Shown here: positions 26,486 to 36,267 of the stretch, piece by piece
Layout of the letters: every line of letters starts with the position of its first letter
Position numbering within the stretch: position 1 is the stretch's first letter
Source of the DNA: a virus
Length of the DNA: 64,000 bases
Strand: one strand, 5' to 3'
IMG/VR virus record: IMGVR_UViG_3300045988_055134
Span: 1,364-65,363 of that record
The notes under the pieces: generated by a model
The model's database searches: none
Seen by the model: the letters and a program-made list of their open reading frames with translations, nothing else
What the model was told of the DNA's origin: nothing
Made by a program: the position numbers and the translations under genes

Positions 26486-27394
26486 ATGATCCCTGGACTC
26501 TATAAGATCTTTGACCACTGGCACGCTGAAGGCACGGTGTATATCTACTCTGATCCCCACTTCAATGATGAAGAGATTGTAGCAGGTGTGCCGGAACGAC
26601 CCTCCGCAGAAGAACAGGTTAAACTTATCAATAGTAAAGTTGGTAAGAAGGATACGCTCATTATTCTTGGAGATTGCGGCGATCCAGCTATGTGCGCCAA
26701 ACTGCGTGGTTACAAGGTACTTATTATGGGAAACCATGACGCCGGTCGCAGTAACTATGAGCGCAAAAAGATTTCTCGTAAGTTTCCCAAAGAAGTCTTT
26801 CAGAAATCTGAGGCTCTTGATGAAATGAAACGCGTCTATCCCGGTTGTCAGTATTTTATTACCGAAGGATATGACTTCCACTCTCCCTTTGAGTATTGGG
26901 AAGTCTTTGCGGACAATAATCTCTTTGACGAGATCTATGAAGGGCCTCTCATGATTGGTGAGAAACTTATTCTATCGCATGAACCGCTTCCTATGATGCC
27001 TTGGGTATTCAACATTCATGGTCATATCCATGATCGTTGTCACAAAGATGATGACAGACATCTGAATGTTTGCTCTGATGTAATTAACTACACGCCAGTC
27101 AATCTGAACAGGTTAATGAAGAGAGGATTAACGGCAAAAATCCAATCTGTGCATAGACAGACCATTGATGTAGCTACGAAAAGAGCGAGAAAAAGAAAAC
27201 TGAAGAACAAAGAATGTTATGATTGTAAACATTTTTACCGTGAATGGTTCCGCGGCCATGCTGCTTGTAGATGTCATAAGCATGGTTCTTTAGATTGCGA
27301 CCAGCCTAAGGAACATAGACCTGATACCGCTGCGAAACATTGCAAAGATTACTGCTACGAAAAGGGGCATCAAAAACAGAAATGTTATTTTTAA
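26486..27394 (+). CDS. calcineurin-like metallophosphoesterase with C-terminal Cys-rich tail
   Basis: DPHFND...GDCGD...GNHD motifs. Confidence 0.7.
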   Translation: MIPGLYKIFDHWHAEGTVYIYSDPHFNDEEIVAGVPERPSAEEQVKLINSKVGKKDTLIILGDCGDPAMCAKLRGYKVLIMGNHDAGRSNYERKKISRKFPKEVFQKSEALDEMKRVYPGCQYFITEGYDFHSPFEYWEVFADNNLFDEIYEGPLMIGEKLILSHEPLPMMPWVFNIHGHIHDRCHKDDDRHLNVCSDVINYTPVNLNRLMKRGLTAKIQSVHRQTIDVATKRARKRKLKNKECYDCKHFYREWFRGHAACRCHKHGSLDCDQPKEHRPDTAAKHCKDYCYEKGHQKQKCYF

Positions 27395-27567
27395 TGCTTT
27401 TAGCTATGCTGTTTATTAGCATATTCTTAATCGTTGGAGTCGGCTCTCGACTTGCCATTTGGGGAGGACTTATTATAGGTTCGTGGGCGCTTATGATCTC
27501 TATTGTCTATTTTATTTATTTTATCGTGAGGAGTATAATCGGATGTTTGATGATTTTCTGTCTGTAA
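27382..27567 (+). CDS. small 2-TM membrane peptide
   Basis: Hydrophobic ORF. Confidence 0.4.
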   Translation: MLFLMLLAMLFISIFLIVGVGSRLAIWGGLIIGSWALMISIVYFIYFIVRSIIGCLMIFCL

Positions 27568-27812
27568 TTGGCGCGTTAGTAAGTATCGTTTTCCTGATTG
27601 TAATTAAGCCATTCGTATATTTTTGGTTCGCTTACCTTGGTGGTTGGATTGCTTCAATCACGATTGGTAATATTCTCGCTACTGGTTTGAATACTATGTT
27701 CAATGTAGCATGGTTCACTAAGGATATGATCCCGCTGTGTGCAGGTACTCTTGGTTGGATCGGTGGCTTCTTTAAGAATGATACCTCTATTTTCGGAAAG
27801 GATAAAGACTAA
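27543..27812 (+). CDS. membrane protein
   Basis: GAGGAG RBS. Confidence 0.45.
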   Translation: MFDDFLSVIGALVSIVFLIVIKPFVYFWFAYLGGWIASITIGNILATGLNTMFNVAWFTKDMIPLCAGTLGWIGGFFKNDTSIFGKDKD

Positions 27813-27962
27813 TGAAGCTACGTAAGCTATCTAAGACTCTCGAAAACATGGAACGAGATCTCGCCAAAATGGACGATGAAACTTTCTTCGCTCTTCTTGG
27901 GACAAGTATTGAGGAACTTAAACAAAAAGCGAAAGAAATGGAAGGAGCAAACAAAGAATGAC
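27813..27962 (+). CDS. 49-aa hypothetical protein
   Basis: Short ORF coupled to the next gene. Confidence 0.35.
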
Positions 27963-28800
27963 TGATAAACTTGGTATGCGCATGAAAGAGTTTTATGAAA
28001 CGGTTCCTAAGGCTAGATTGATGCGCAGAACTCCTGTCGCAATCCGCATTGATGGCAAGGTTTTCCACACTTTCACTCGTGGTTTTAACAAGCCTTTCGA
28101 TCATATTCTTGGAACTGCTATACAAGAAACTATGAGATACCTGTGTCAAAATATTCAAGGTTGTGTACTTGGATATACCCAGAGTGATGAAATTACTCTG
28201 ATCCTTGTAGATTATAAACGACTAAATAGCTCCGCATGGTTTGATTATGAGGTTCAGAAAATGTGCTCTGTCGCCGCATCTATGGCGACTATGGCTTTCA
28301 ATAAAGCCTTCCATAAGGCAGTTGAAGACGCAGATTTCTTCTGGAAAACTAGTCTAACTCCTCAAAGCGTTGAAATCCAGCAAGGGCATCAAAAGTACAT
28401 GGAAATTCTGCGGGCCGCCAGCTCTAAAGGCGCCATGTTTGATGCACGTTGCTTCAATATCCCGAGAGAAGAAGTTACTAACCTTATCTATTGGCGCCAG
28501 TTAGACGCAACCCGCAATTCTATCCAGATGGCAGGCCAGGCTAATTTCTCTCATAAAGAACTTCAAGGTAAATCTTGTATCCAAATCAAGAAAATGCTCT
28601 CTGATATTGGTATTGAATGGGACGATTATCCCATTTCTTATCAGCGCGGCTCTTGTTGTATTAAGACTTATATCCAAGATGTCGCTCCCGATGGAATTGA
28701 GCATATTCGTTCTGAATGGATTATTGATAAAAACATCCCGCTGTTTATCGGAGAGGGACGTGAATATATCGAATCTCTAATCCAGAGCGAGGAGGAATAA
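27958..28800 (+). CDS. Thg1-like protein (tRNA-His guanylyltransferase family, 3'-5' nucleotide addition)
   Basis: VAIRIDGKVFHTFTRGFNKPFD...YTQSDEITL signature. Confidence 0.75.
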   Translation: MTDKLGMRMKEFYETVPKARLMRRTPVAIRIDGKVFHTFTRGFNKPFDHILGTAIQETMRYLCQNIQGCVLGYTQSDEITLILVDYKRLNSSAWFDYEVQKMCSVAASMATMAFNKAFHKAVEDADFFWKTSLTPQSVEIQQGHQKYMEILRAASSKGAMFDARCFNIPREEVTNLIYWRQLDATRNSIQMAGQANFSHKELQGKSCIQIKKMLSDIGIEWDDYPISYQRGSCCIKTYIQDVAPDGIEHIRSEWIIDKNIPLFIGEGREYIESLIQSEEE

Positions 28801-28802
28801 TT

Positions 28803-29282
28803 ATGGCTGAATGGCAAAGAGGAACAGGATGGAAAGAATGGTTTGAAATCACTGGCGCAGATGGAGTAGATTTCCACCCAATTGGTCAAGATCCGCGTAA
28901 AACCCCGGTCATGATATTGCAGTCTAATACCAAGGAAGATATTCTAGAAAGAAAAGTCGGCTATCCAAAGAGTGACTATTCATTTTGGAAGAAAATCAAT
29001 GGTAAGAAGTATTATATCTCTCTTGATAATCCAATGGAACTAACCCATAAAATTAATGTAACAGTTGAGGTAGAGTACGTCATAGGCCATCTGCAAAACG
29101 GCTATTATAATGGAAACCTTGAGCTTTCTGATGAAGAGTATAAAAAGTTCCGAAAAGCACCGGAGGTTTTTCTATTAACCCATCCGAATCTATGGGAAGA
29201 TTGGCCTCTTACAGTAGATAGCTATGAGGTTGATGAAATTGGAGATATTGACAAAATCTATTTTACCGATCAAACTAATTAA
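28803..29282 (+). CDS. hypothetical protein
   Basis: ORF of 159 aa. Confidence 0.5.
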   Translation: MAEWQRGTGWKEWFEITGADGVDFHPIGQDPRKTPVMILQSNTKEDILERKVGYPKSDYSFWKKINGKKYYISLDNPMELTHKINVTVEVEYVIGHLQNGYYNGNLELSDEEYKKFRKAPEVFLLTHPNLWEDWPLTVDSYEVDEIGDIDKIYFTDQTN

Positions 29283-29286
29283 ATAA

Positions 29287-29330
29287 AAATCAAAAGGTTC
29301 TAAGGAAATAGAACCTTTTGATTTTTTTAT
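29287..29330 (+). terminator. rho-independent terminator
   Basis: ATCAAAAGGTTC/GAACCTTTTGAT followed by a T-run. Confidence 0.7.
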
Positions 29331-29380
29331 AAATATATATTATAATATATATAGAAAGTGAAAGAGAGGAGAAAATAAAT

Positions 29381-29530
29381 ATGATTGATAAGAACAAGGC
29401 TCTTGAAGCATGGAAGCACCTTGATGCAATTATTGACAGCCTCGATTGGAGTGGTGCATTTGCCAATAGCGAGATGTGTACAGTTGAAGAGTCTATGAAT
29501 ATTATCTATCGGTTTATTAAGGAGGAATAA
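29381..29530 (+). CDS. 49-aa hypothetical protein
   Basis: AGAGGAGAAAA RBS. Confidence 0.4.
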   Translation: MIDKNKALEAWKHLDAIIDSLDWSGAFANSEMCTVEESMNIIYRFIKEE

Positions 29531-29531
29531 T

Positions 29532-29717
29532 ATGTATACCGTCCCTTTTCTTTCGTTTGCCGAACATCAACAAGATCTTGAGGACGCGGTTAATATCATT
29601 CTTGAAGCAAGAGCAAAAGGAGAGAATTGTTCGATCGAGTTTGAAACCGAAGTATCTGATGAAGATATTGCGTGGGTTATGGCAGAAGCTAATCGAAGAA
29701 TGAGAGGGGTTATTTAA
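29532..29717 (+). CDS. hypothetical protein
   Basis: ORF of 61 aa. Confidence 0.45.
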   Translation: MYTVPFLSFAEHQQDLEDAVNIILEARAKGENCSIEFETEVSDEDIAWVMAEANRRMRGVI

Positions 29718-29758
29718 GATGTGGGATCCTTTTATTGAGATTTGGGAGGGAAAAAGCT

Positions 29759-29959
29759 ATGAGATGGCTATGTTTCTTTGGTGTCCATGAGTTAGAAGAC
29801 AAAGATCGTTTTTCTAATTTGCTTGATGACACGTGGATAAAGAAATGCAAATACTGTAACCGTTATACGGTATATTGTCATGGTATAAAAACAAATATGT
29901 CGCAGAAAGCAGCTAAACGCCTTATAAGAAAGGTAAATAGCATTGCAACGGGAGAATGA
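29759..29959 (+). CDS. Cys-containing small protein
   Basis: GGGAGGG RBS. Confidence 0.4.
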   Translation: MRWLCFFGVHELEDKDRFSNLLDDTWIKKCKYCNRYTVYCHGIKTNMSQKAAKRLIRKVNSIATGE

Positions 29960-30041
29960 TTGCAAATACTGTAGTGCACCAAATACAAGATGTATTCATT
30001 GGCAAGGTATCTTTTGTGAGCTAGATATGGAGGTACGAAGA

Positions 30042-30560
30042 ATGACGACTGAACTTAAAGTAATGGTAGGTGTACCCGGTAGTGGTAAATCTACTTGGGT
30101 CGAGCAAGAGATTGCTCGACTGGAAGATGATCACCGCACCACTTGTGTAGTTTCCAGAGATTTCGTGCGGAAGTCCCTCTTAAACGATCACGATGGCTAC
30201 TTCGATAAGGAAACCGAAGTATTCAATGAGTTCGTGCGGCAGATCAATGAAGCCATGGAGCTTGGTATTGATGTTGTGTTTGCTGATGCAACGCATATCA
30301 GTCCTGCTTCTCGAGCCAAATTGCTTGGTCGGTTGGCAGCAGACCCGCACACTAAGCTGACCTTTGAGGTTATTGATGTTCCTCTTGATGTTGCTATTAA
30401 GCGCAATGCACAGCGTAGTGGTTTCGCGAGAGTGCCGGATTCTGCAATCAAGAACATGAAGAAAGGATTTTCTATCCCGAGTGCAAAGGAGTTCCCTAAG
30501 ACTAAGTGGGGCTTTTCGGATATTAAAATCAATGTACATGGATACGAGAGAAAAGATTGA
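30042..30560 (+). CDS. polynucleotide 5'-kinase (T4 Pnk kinase-domain-like)
   Basis: GVPGSGKSTW...DVP..VAIKRN..R motifs parallel T4 Pnk; GGAGG RBS. Confidence 0.75.
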   Translation: MTTELKVMVGVPGSGKSTWVEQEIARLEDDHRTTCVVSRDFVRKSLLNDHDGYFDKETEVFNEFVRQINEAMELGIDVVFADATHISPASRAKLLGRLAADPHTKLTFEVIDVPLDVAIKRNAQRSGFARVPDSAIKNMKKGFSIPSAKEFPKTKWGFSDIKINVHGYERKD

Positions 30561-30656
30561 ATGTAGAGGAGGGTTTTAGCTATGCAGTAGTAGAAGATTT
30601 AGCAAGAGTAATGGATAACAAATTAAAGATATTACTTTATTAACTAATCAAAAGGA

Positions 30657-31226
30657 GTGATAACACTGAATATTTATGTTTCTAGCGACTACCACCTGAA
30701 CCATGATAAAGAATTTATCTGGAAGGCTCGCGGTTTTGATAGTGTCGAAGAGATGAATGAAGCCATTATCACACGAAATAATGAGCTTGTTTCTCCAGAT
30801 GATCCTTTGATTATCTGCGGCGACCTAATGCTTGGTGGAAGCGAGAACCTTGAAAAAGGTATTGAAATGCTAAACCGCATGAATGGTAAGAAACTCATTG
30901 TTGGCGGTAATCACGATACTCGCGCTAGACGCGAAGCATATCTTAAAGCAAATATTCCGGTATTTGATGCTTATGCTTTCACTTATCGCAAGTATCATTT
31001 TTACGCATCGCATTATCCAACTTTGACCGGCAATCTTGAAAAAGAGTCGCTCAAAAAGACGGTATGCAATCTTTTTGGGCATACCCATCAGACTACTAAC
31101 TTCTACAATGAAATTCCTTTTATCTACCACGTAGGTGTTGATTCACATAATTGCTATCCCGTTCATCTCGATACTGTAATCGAAGATATGGAACAGCAGG
31201 CAAAGAAATGTATTGAAATGCTTTAA
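30657..31226 (+). CDS. calcineurin-like metallophosphoesterase (candidate 2',3'-phosphatase or phosphodiesterase)
   Basis: SDYHLNHD...GDLM...GNHD...GHTH motifs. Confidence 0.7.
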   Translation: MITLNIYVSSDYHLNHDKEFIWKARGFDSVEEMNEAIITRNNELVSPDDPLIICGDLMLGGSENLEKGIEMLNRMNGKKLIVGGNHDTRARREAYLKANIPVFDAYAFTYRKYHFYASHYPTLTGNLEKESLKKTVCNLFGHTHQTTNFYNEIPFIYHVGVDSHNCYPVHLDTVIEDMEQQAKKCIEML

Positions 31227-31273
31227 TTGGCATTTATAAATAAATAAACAATTTAATATTAAGGAGTAAACAC

Positions 31274-32761
31274 ATGGAAATTCTAACTACTATCCTTCCT
31301 TTTGTCCCCGTAGCGATTATCGTAATTGCGATTATCGTATTTCTTGTTTCGAGCTATGTAAAGGCTCCGCCGGATGTGGCATATATTATCTCTGGTATGC
31401 ACAAGAAACCGCGAGTACTTGCTGGTAAGGCTGGTATTAAAATTCCTTTCCTTGAGCGAATGGATAAGTTGGCACTTGGCGCTATTCAGATCGACGTAAA
31501 GACAGGATCTGCCGTTCCCACCGCGGAATACATCAATGTACGCGTTGACTCCACTGTTTCTGTACGAGTAGGACAGACTGATGAAATGATTGCTCTTGCT
31601 GCACAGAACTTTCTGAATGTATCCCGTGCGGAGATTGCTCAGAAGATTAACGATCTCCTTGAAGGTAATATCCGTGAGATTGTAGGTCAGATGAAGCTGA
31701 CCGAGATGGTTGGCGACCGCAAGGCATTCTCCGAAAAGGTACAGGAAAATGCAGTGCCTGATCTGGCTCGTTTCGGCCTGGAACTGGTTTCCTTTAATGT
31801 TCAGAACTTCTCTGATGACAATGATGTTATCACCAACCTTGGTATTGATAATGTCGAGCAGATTCGCAAGGATGCTGCTATTGCTAAGTCTAATGCCCAG
31901 CGTGAGATTGCAGTCGCTGAAGCAGAAAATGCTAAGGCTTCTAATGACGCTCGTGTAAAGGCTGAGGAAGAGATTGCTAAGCGCAATAATAGTCTTGCTA
32001 TCCAGAAGGCTCAGCTGAAGCAGGAATCCGATACTAAGCAGGCTCAGGCTAATGCTGCTATGGAAATCGAGTCTGAGAACCAGCGCAAGCTGCGTGATGT
32101 TGCAGCGGCTGACGCAGATATTGCTCGTCAGGAGAAGGAAATCGACCTTAAGGAACGCGAAGTTACTATCAAGGAACGTGCTCTGGAAGCTGAGGTAAAG
32201 AAGACCGCTGAGGCTAAGAAGTATGCCGCTCAGCAGGAAGCTGATGCGCGACTCTACGCAACGCAGAAGCAGTCTGAGGCTGATCTCTATGAGCGTCAGA
32301 AGACCGCAGAGGCTGAGCGTTTCGAAGCAGAGCAGCGAGCTGAAGCACAGCGTGCAACCGCGGAAGCTATTCGTATTCAGGGTGAGGCTGAAGCCGCAGC
32401 TGCAAAGGCTCGTGGTGAAGCAGAGGCAGCTGCTATTCAGGCAAAGGCTGAGGCAGAAGCTGAAGGTCTTATGAAGAAGGCAGAAGCCATGAAACAGTAT
32501 GGTGAAGCCGCTAAGATGGATATGCAGATGGAAGCCCTCAAGATGTACTTCCAGCAGCTCCCGGCTATCGCAGAAGCAACTGGTCAGGCGTATACCAATG
32601 TTGATAAGATTGTGATGTTTGGCGACAACACAAGCAAGCTCTCTGGAGATATTATCAACAATGTCGCTCAGATTTCTGAGGGACTGAGTGAGTCTCTCGG
32701 CATTGATGTAAAGGCTATGCTGGCTGGCTTCCTTGGTGGAAAGATCGCTGATAAGAACTAA
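31274..32761 (+). CDS. SPFH/band-7 (flotillin/YqiK-like) membrane protein with long Ala/Glu coiled coil
   Basis: N-terminal TM, SPFH region, EA-rich repeats. Confidence 0.7.
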   Translation: MEILTTILPFVPVAIIVIAIIVFLVSSYVKAPPDVAYIISGMHKKPRVLAGKAGIKIPFLERMDKLALGAIQIDVKTGSAVPTAEYINVRVDSTVSVRVGQTDEMIALAAQNFLNVSRAEIAQKINDLLEGNIREIVGQMKLTEMVGDRKAFSEKVQENAVPDLARFGLELVSFNVQNFSDDNDVITNLGIDNVEQIRKDAAIAKSNAQREIAVAEAENAKASNDARVKAEEEIAKRNNSLAIQKAQLKQESDTKQAQANAAMEIESENQRKLRDVAAADADIARQEKEIDLKEREVTIKERALEAEVKKTAEAKKYAAQQEADARLYATQKQSEADLYERQKTAEAERFEAEQRAEAQRATAEAIRIQGEAEAAAAKARGEAEAAAIQAKAEAEAEGLMKKAEAMKQYGEAAKMDMQMEALKMYFQQLPAIAEATGQAYTNVDKIVMFGDNTSKLSGDIINNVAQISEGLSESLGIDVKAMLAGFLGGKIADKN

Positions 32762-32764
32762 TTT

Positions 32765-32805
32765 TAAGAACCTCGTCTATATAGACGAGGTTCTTTTTTT
32801 TTTTA
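32765..32805 (+). terminator. rho-independent terminator
   Basis: AAGAACCTCGTCTAT/ATAGACGAGGTTCTT followed by T10. Confidence 0.75.
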
Positions 32806-32897
32806 TCGCCAGCGTCGTCAGGCTCCGAGTTTCCGTGCGCATAGGCCCAGCAATTTTTTTTAGTAATTAGGCCAAATTTGATTTATCTATAAAAATG

Positions 32898-32906
32898 TGC
32901 TATTAT
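32898..32906 (+). promoter_or_regulatory. extended -10 element TGCTATTAT
   Basis: Promoter family member. Confidence 0.45.
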
Positions 32907-32939
32907 ATAAATAAAGAGATAGATAAGGAGAATCAAACA

Positions 32940-33404
32940 ATGAAACTAATTAAATCTATATATAAAGCTCCTGTAGTTGTAAAAGAATATTGCGAAGAGC
33001 AAGGTATAACTTTTGTAATAATCAATTATAATGGAAAAAATTTTTATGGTACAGCCATTTTAAGCAAGCAAGATGAAGGTTTTTATTCTAAAAAAGTAGG
33101 TTACAACATCGCCCTATCAAAAGCAAGAATTCAAGCTCTTAAATACTCTTATGAGAAAGAGGAAAGTAAGCTCAATTCCCGCAAGCAATTCTATCAAGAG
33201 GTATTAGGCTTCGGTGCTAAAACTTCTGCGGAAGTTGATCCCTCTAACGCTTTCCACCACAATATTGCGCGTATTGAATCTCGCCTTTCCGCAATTAAAT
33301 CAGCTCTTGATAAAGAGGAAGATATGTTAAATAAATATATTGTTGGTCAAGATAAAGCGATTGAATCTGTAAAGCGTTTTAGACGTAAGGCCAACGATAA
33401 TTAA
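32940..33404 (+). CDS. hypothetical protein
   Basis: AAGGAGAA RBS. Confidence 0.5.
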   Translation: MKLIKSIYKAPVVVKEYCEEQGITFVIINYNGKNFYGTAILSKQDEGFYSKKVGYNIALSKARIQALKYSYEKEESKLNSRKQFYQEVLGFGAKTSAEVDPSNAFHHNIARIESRLSAIKSALDKEEDMLNKYIVGQDKAIESVKRFRRKANDN

Positions 33405-33663
33405 AAATTCTTTTTTATTTATCATTATAAATAAGAGGTGGTTTTATTGACAATATTATTATATATCTTACTGGGAGTTCTTTTGATCACTGTGGGTACC
33501 ACCTTATTGACTAGTGTTACTGAAATCATCAGCACACTAACAGAACTTGTTAAAGCTAATATAAATGAAAGGATTGTTCGACACAATGTTACCATTAGTG
33601 AACTTAATGAGTAGAAAACTCAAACTAGAACAATCGGATTCACTACCACAACTGAAGAGGACA

Positions 33664-34935
33664 ATGAATATGTATAATGAATTTCGCTTCCCAACAGACA
33701 CTTATTTTTATGATACTTGCTCTCTGTTGTTGGGAGGAGAAGAGTTATTTGAGCAAGATACTAAGCCATTTTTAGTATCCTCTATTACACTTAAAGAGCT
33801 TGAAAGAATTAAGACAGCATCTAATAAAGACGCTGATATAAAATATGCCGCTCGTCTCTTGTTACATCTATTTGAGAAATATCCAGATAGATATGAAGTA
33901 GTCCCGCATAAGATTTGTTACGAAAAGGTCATTCTTAAAAAGGGATTTGATATTACTGATGACACTAGAATCTTGTCTGACGCAATCGCAAGAGATAAGA
34001 ATGAAGATATTGTATTCGTAACTAATGATCTTAGTCTCAAACATATCGCAAATCAATTTCTTGGTCACGGAATGATAGAAAGCGTGAACGAAGATGCTGA
34101 TAACTATACAGGTTATGTAGAAGTAATCTTAGATGATAATGAGCTAAATGACTTCTATCAAAAGGCAGATAATAACTTTGGTTTACTGCCAGGACAGTAT
34201 CTCATTATTAAAGATAAAGACAATAAGATTGTAGACCTGCGAGTTTGGACAGGTAATGAGTTCAAATATCTTGTTTCAAAGCCCATTAAATCTAAATGGT
34301 TTGGCAAGATTATCCCGTATCAAGATGACATCTATCAAAAAATGTTATTTGATAGTTTACGAAATAATAAGTTGACTTTAGTGAAAGGCCCTGCTGGTAG
34401 CGGAAAAACTTATGTTTCTCTTGCTTATTTAATGGCGAAATTAGAAGCCGGAGAGCTAGATAAAATTATCGTATTTTGTAACACTATTGCCACAGCAAAT
34501 TCTGCTAAATTGGGTTATTACCCTGGAACAAAAGATGAAAAACTACTAGATTCTCAGATCGGTAATTTGCTGAGTAGTAAATTTGGAGGCAGAGAAGCTG
34601 TTGAAAAAATGATTGCAGACGGCAAGCTAGTTCTTCTACCTTTTTCCGATATTCGTGGATATGATACAACAGGAATGAGCGCAGGCATCTATATTTCCGA
34701 AGCTCAAAATCTAGATCGTACACTTATGAAACTAGCTTTACAGCGAGTTGGCGAAGATTGTATTTGTATTATTGATGGTGACGAAAAAACCCAGGTAGAT
34801 GACATTCATTTTTCTGGAGCTAATAACGGTATGAAACGTGTCTCTAAAATCTTTAGAGGACAAGACAGTTATGGTGAAGTCACTCTTAAGAATATCTATC
34901 GAAGCAAGATTGCGGCGATTGCTGATAAAATTTAA
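33664..34935 (+). CDS. PIN-domain plus PhoH-like ATPase (YlaK-like)
   Basis: N-terminal PIN, Walker A GPAGSGKT. Confidence 0.75.
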   Translation: MNMYNEFRFPTDTYFYDTCSLLLGGEELFEQDTKPFLVSSITLKELERIKTASNKDADIKYAARLLLHLFEKYPDRYEVVPHKICYEKVILKKGFDITDDTRILSDAIARDKNEDIVFVTNDLSLKHIANQFLGHGMIESVNEDADNYTGYVEVILDDNELNDFYQKADNNFGLLPGQYLIIKDKDNKIVDLRVWTGNEFKYLVSKPIKSKWFGKIIPYQDDIYQKMLFDSLRNNKLTLVKGPAGSGKTYVSLAYLMAKLEAGELDKIIVFCNTIATANSAKLGYYPGTKDEKLLDSQIGNLLSSKFGGREAVEKMIADGKLVLLPFSDIRGYDTTGMSAGIYISEAQNLDRTLMKLALQRVGEDCICIIDGDEKTQVDDIHFSGANNGMKRVSKIFRGQDSYGEVTLKNIYRSKIAAIADKI

Positions 34936-34942
34936 TAGTTAA

Positions 34943-34975
34943 GCCAAGAGTCTGAAAAAGACTCTTGACTTTAAT
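34943..34975 (+). terminator. rho-independent terminator
   Basis: CAAGAGTCT/AGACTCTTG followed by a T-rich tail. Confidence 0.6.
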
Positions 34976-35061
34976 TATATCCTTAGCAACAACTAAGATT
35001 TAATTAATTGCTACTAAGATAAAACTAAATAACTTAATTCACATTTGGAGGTGAACCATTA

Positions 35062-35805
35062 ATGGAAATAAAATTTATTCCCGCTCATTCATCTAATTAT
35101 TATAGTGGGCGTAGTGGTAACTCTATTCTATATATTGTAGTCCACTATACTGCGAATAACGGAGATACAGCAGCCGGTAATGGCAACTATTTCTCTGGAG
35201 CTAATCGCCAGGCTTCCGCGCACTACTTTGTAGATGAAAACAGCATAGTTCAATCTGTGAAGGATTCAGATGGTGCTTGGCATTGCGGCGGCTCTTTAGA
35301 GTCTTCACATCACCCATATCGAAATATCTGCACAAACCGAAATTCTATTGGTGTCGAGATGTGCAGCGATATTGTAAATGGTAAATATGTCATTACCGAA
35401 GCAACAGTAAATCGTACAGTTGAACTAGTAAAGATGTTAATGAAAAAGTATAATATTGCGGCAGACCATGTTATTAGACATTATGACGTAACTGGTAAGC
35501 GTTGCCCAGAACCTTGGGTACGCGATGAAAGCAAGTGGATTGATTTCAAAAAGCGTCTGACCGCGACTGCACCAGCTAAATAGGAGGAAGAAATTGTGAC
35601 ACAGGATCAATTTAATAAAATGATGGATACTTACCTTGCGCAAAGAGATGTAAAGCCTATGACTTGGGAACAAGAGGCAATGAAATGGGCACAGGAGCAA
35701 GGTCTAATTAAAGGTAACGAAAAGGGTCAATTGATGCCAAAAAGCTTCCTGACTCGTGGCGAATTCGTTACTGTATTGAAGCGCTATGCTGAAAAGCAAA
35801 ACTAA
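35062..35805 (+). CDS. endolysin: N-acetylmuramoyl-L-alanine amidase (Amidase_2/PGRP) joined through an in-frame TAG (35581) to a C-terminal SLH-like wall-binding segment
   Basis: YIVVHYTANNG...AHYFVD...HCGG motifs; ORFs 35062-35583 and 35596-35805 are contiguous in frame across the TAG. Confidence 0.7.
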
Positions 35806-35878
35806 ATCAACTTAGCAAAAAAAGCATAGACAAAAATCTAAGAAAGAGTTTTCTAAATAGTTAATTTGCGATATTCGC

Positions 35879-36133
35879 TTGCTGTTATGGGTCGTAACTC
35901 TTTCTGGTATTTTGTTAGCGTTTTATTGCGTGCACTTAGGATATCTGGGATCTTTACCTTGGATTAGTGCGTTAGTTGGTTTACCTTGGTCAGCTCATGG
36001 GATAGTTTGCTCATTCTATCTTAATATGAGCAAGTCAGATCATAAAAAGGGTGGGATTACCTACGATCTAGCTATGTATAATGCATAGTAGTAGATGACA
36101 TACCCTTCTGATGAAGATTCAACGATCTAATAA
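35879..36133 (+). CDS. holin-like 2-TM protein whose frame runs through TAGTAGTAG (36086-36094) to a TAA at 36131
   Basis: Hydrophobic small ORF downstream of the endolysin. Confidence 0.4.
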
Positions 36134-36178
36134 TAAAGCTCGATAGACTTTCGTCTATCGAGCTTTTATTTGTTTTTA
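36134..36178 (+). terminator. rho-independent terminator
   Basis: AAAGCTCGATAGAC/GTCTATCGAGCTTT followed by a T-run. Confidence 0.75.
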
Positions 36179-36200
36179 ATTTGATTTTTTATAAAAAATA

Positions 36201-36209
36201 TGATATTAT
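36201..36209 (+). promoter_or_regulatory. extended -10 element TGATATTAT
   Basis: Promoter family member. Confidence 0.45.
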
Positions 36210-36267
36210 ATATACAGAAAAGGAAAAGGAGAACTTAAAAATAAATGAAGTATTTGAGGTATTCGCT

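Noticed and set aside
36086-36094. TAGTAGTAG read as a deliberate triple stop codon
   Set aside because: TAG is demonstrably not a terminator anywhere else in the window, so a triple-stop reading conflicts with the global pattern. It is kept as an open alternative in the findings.
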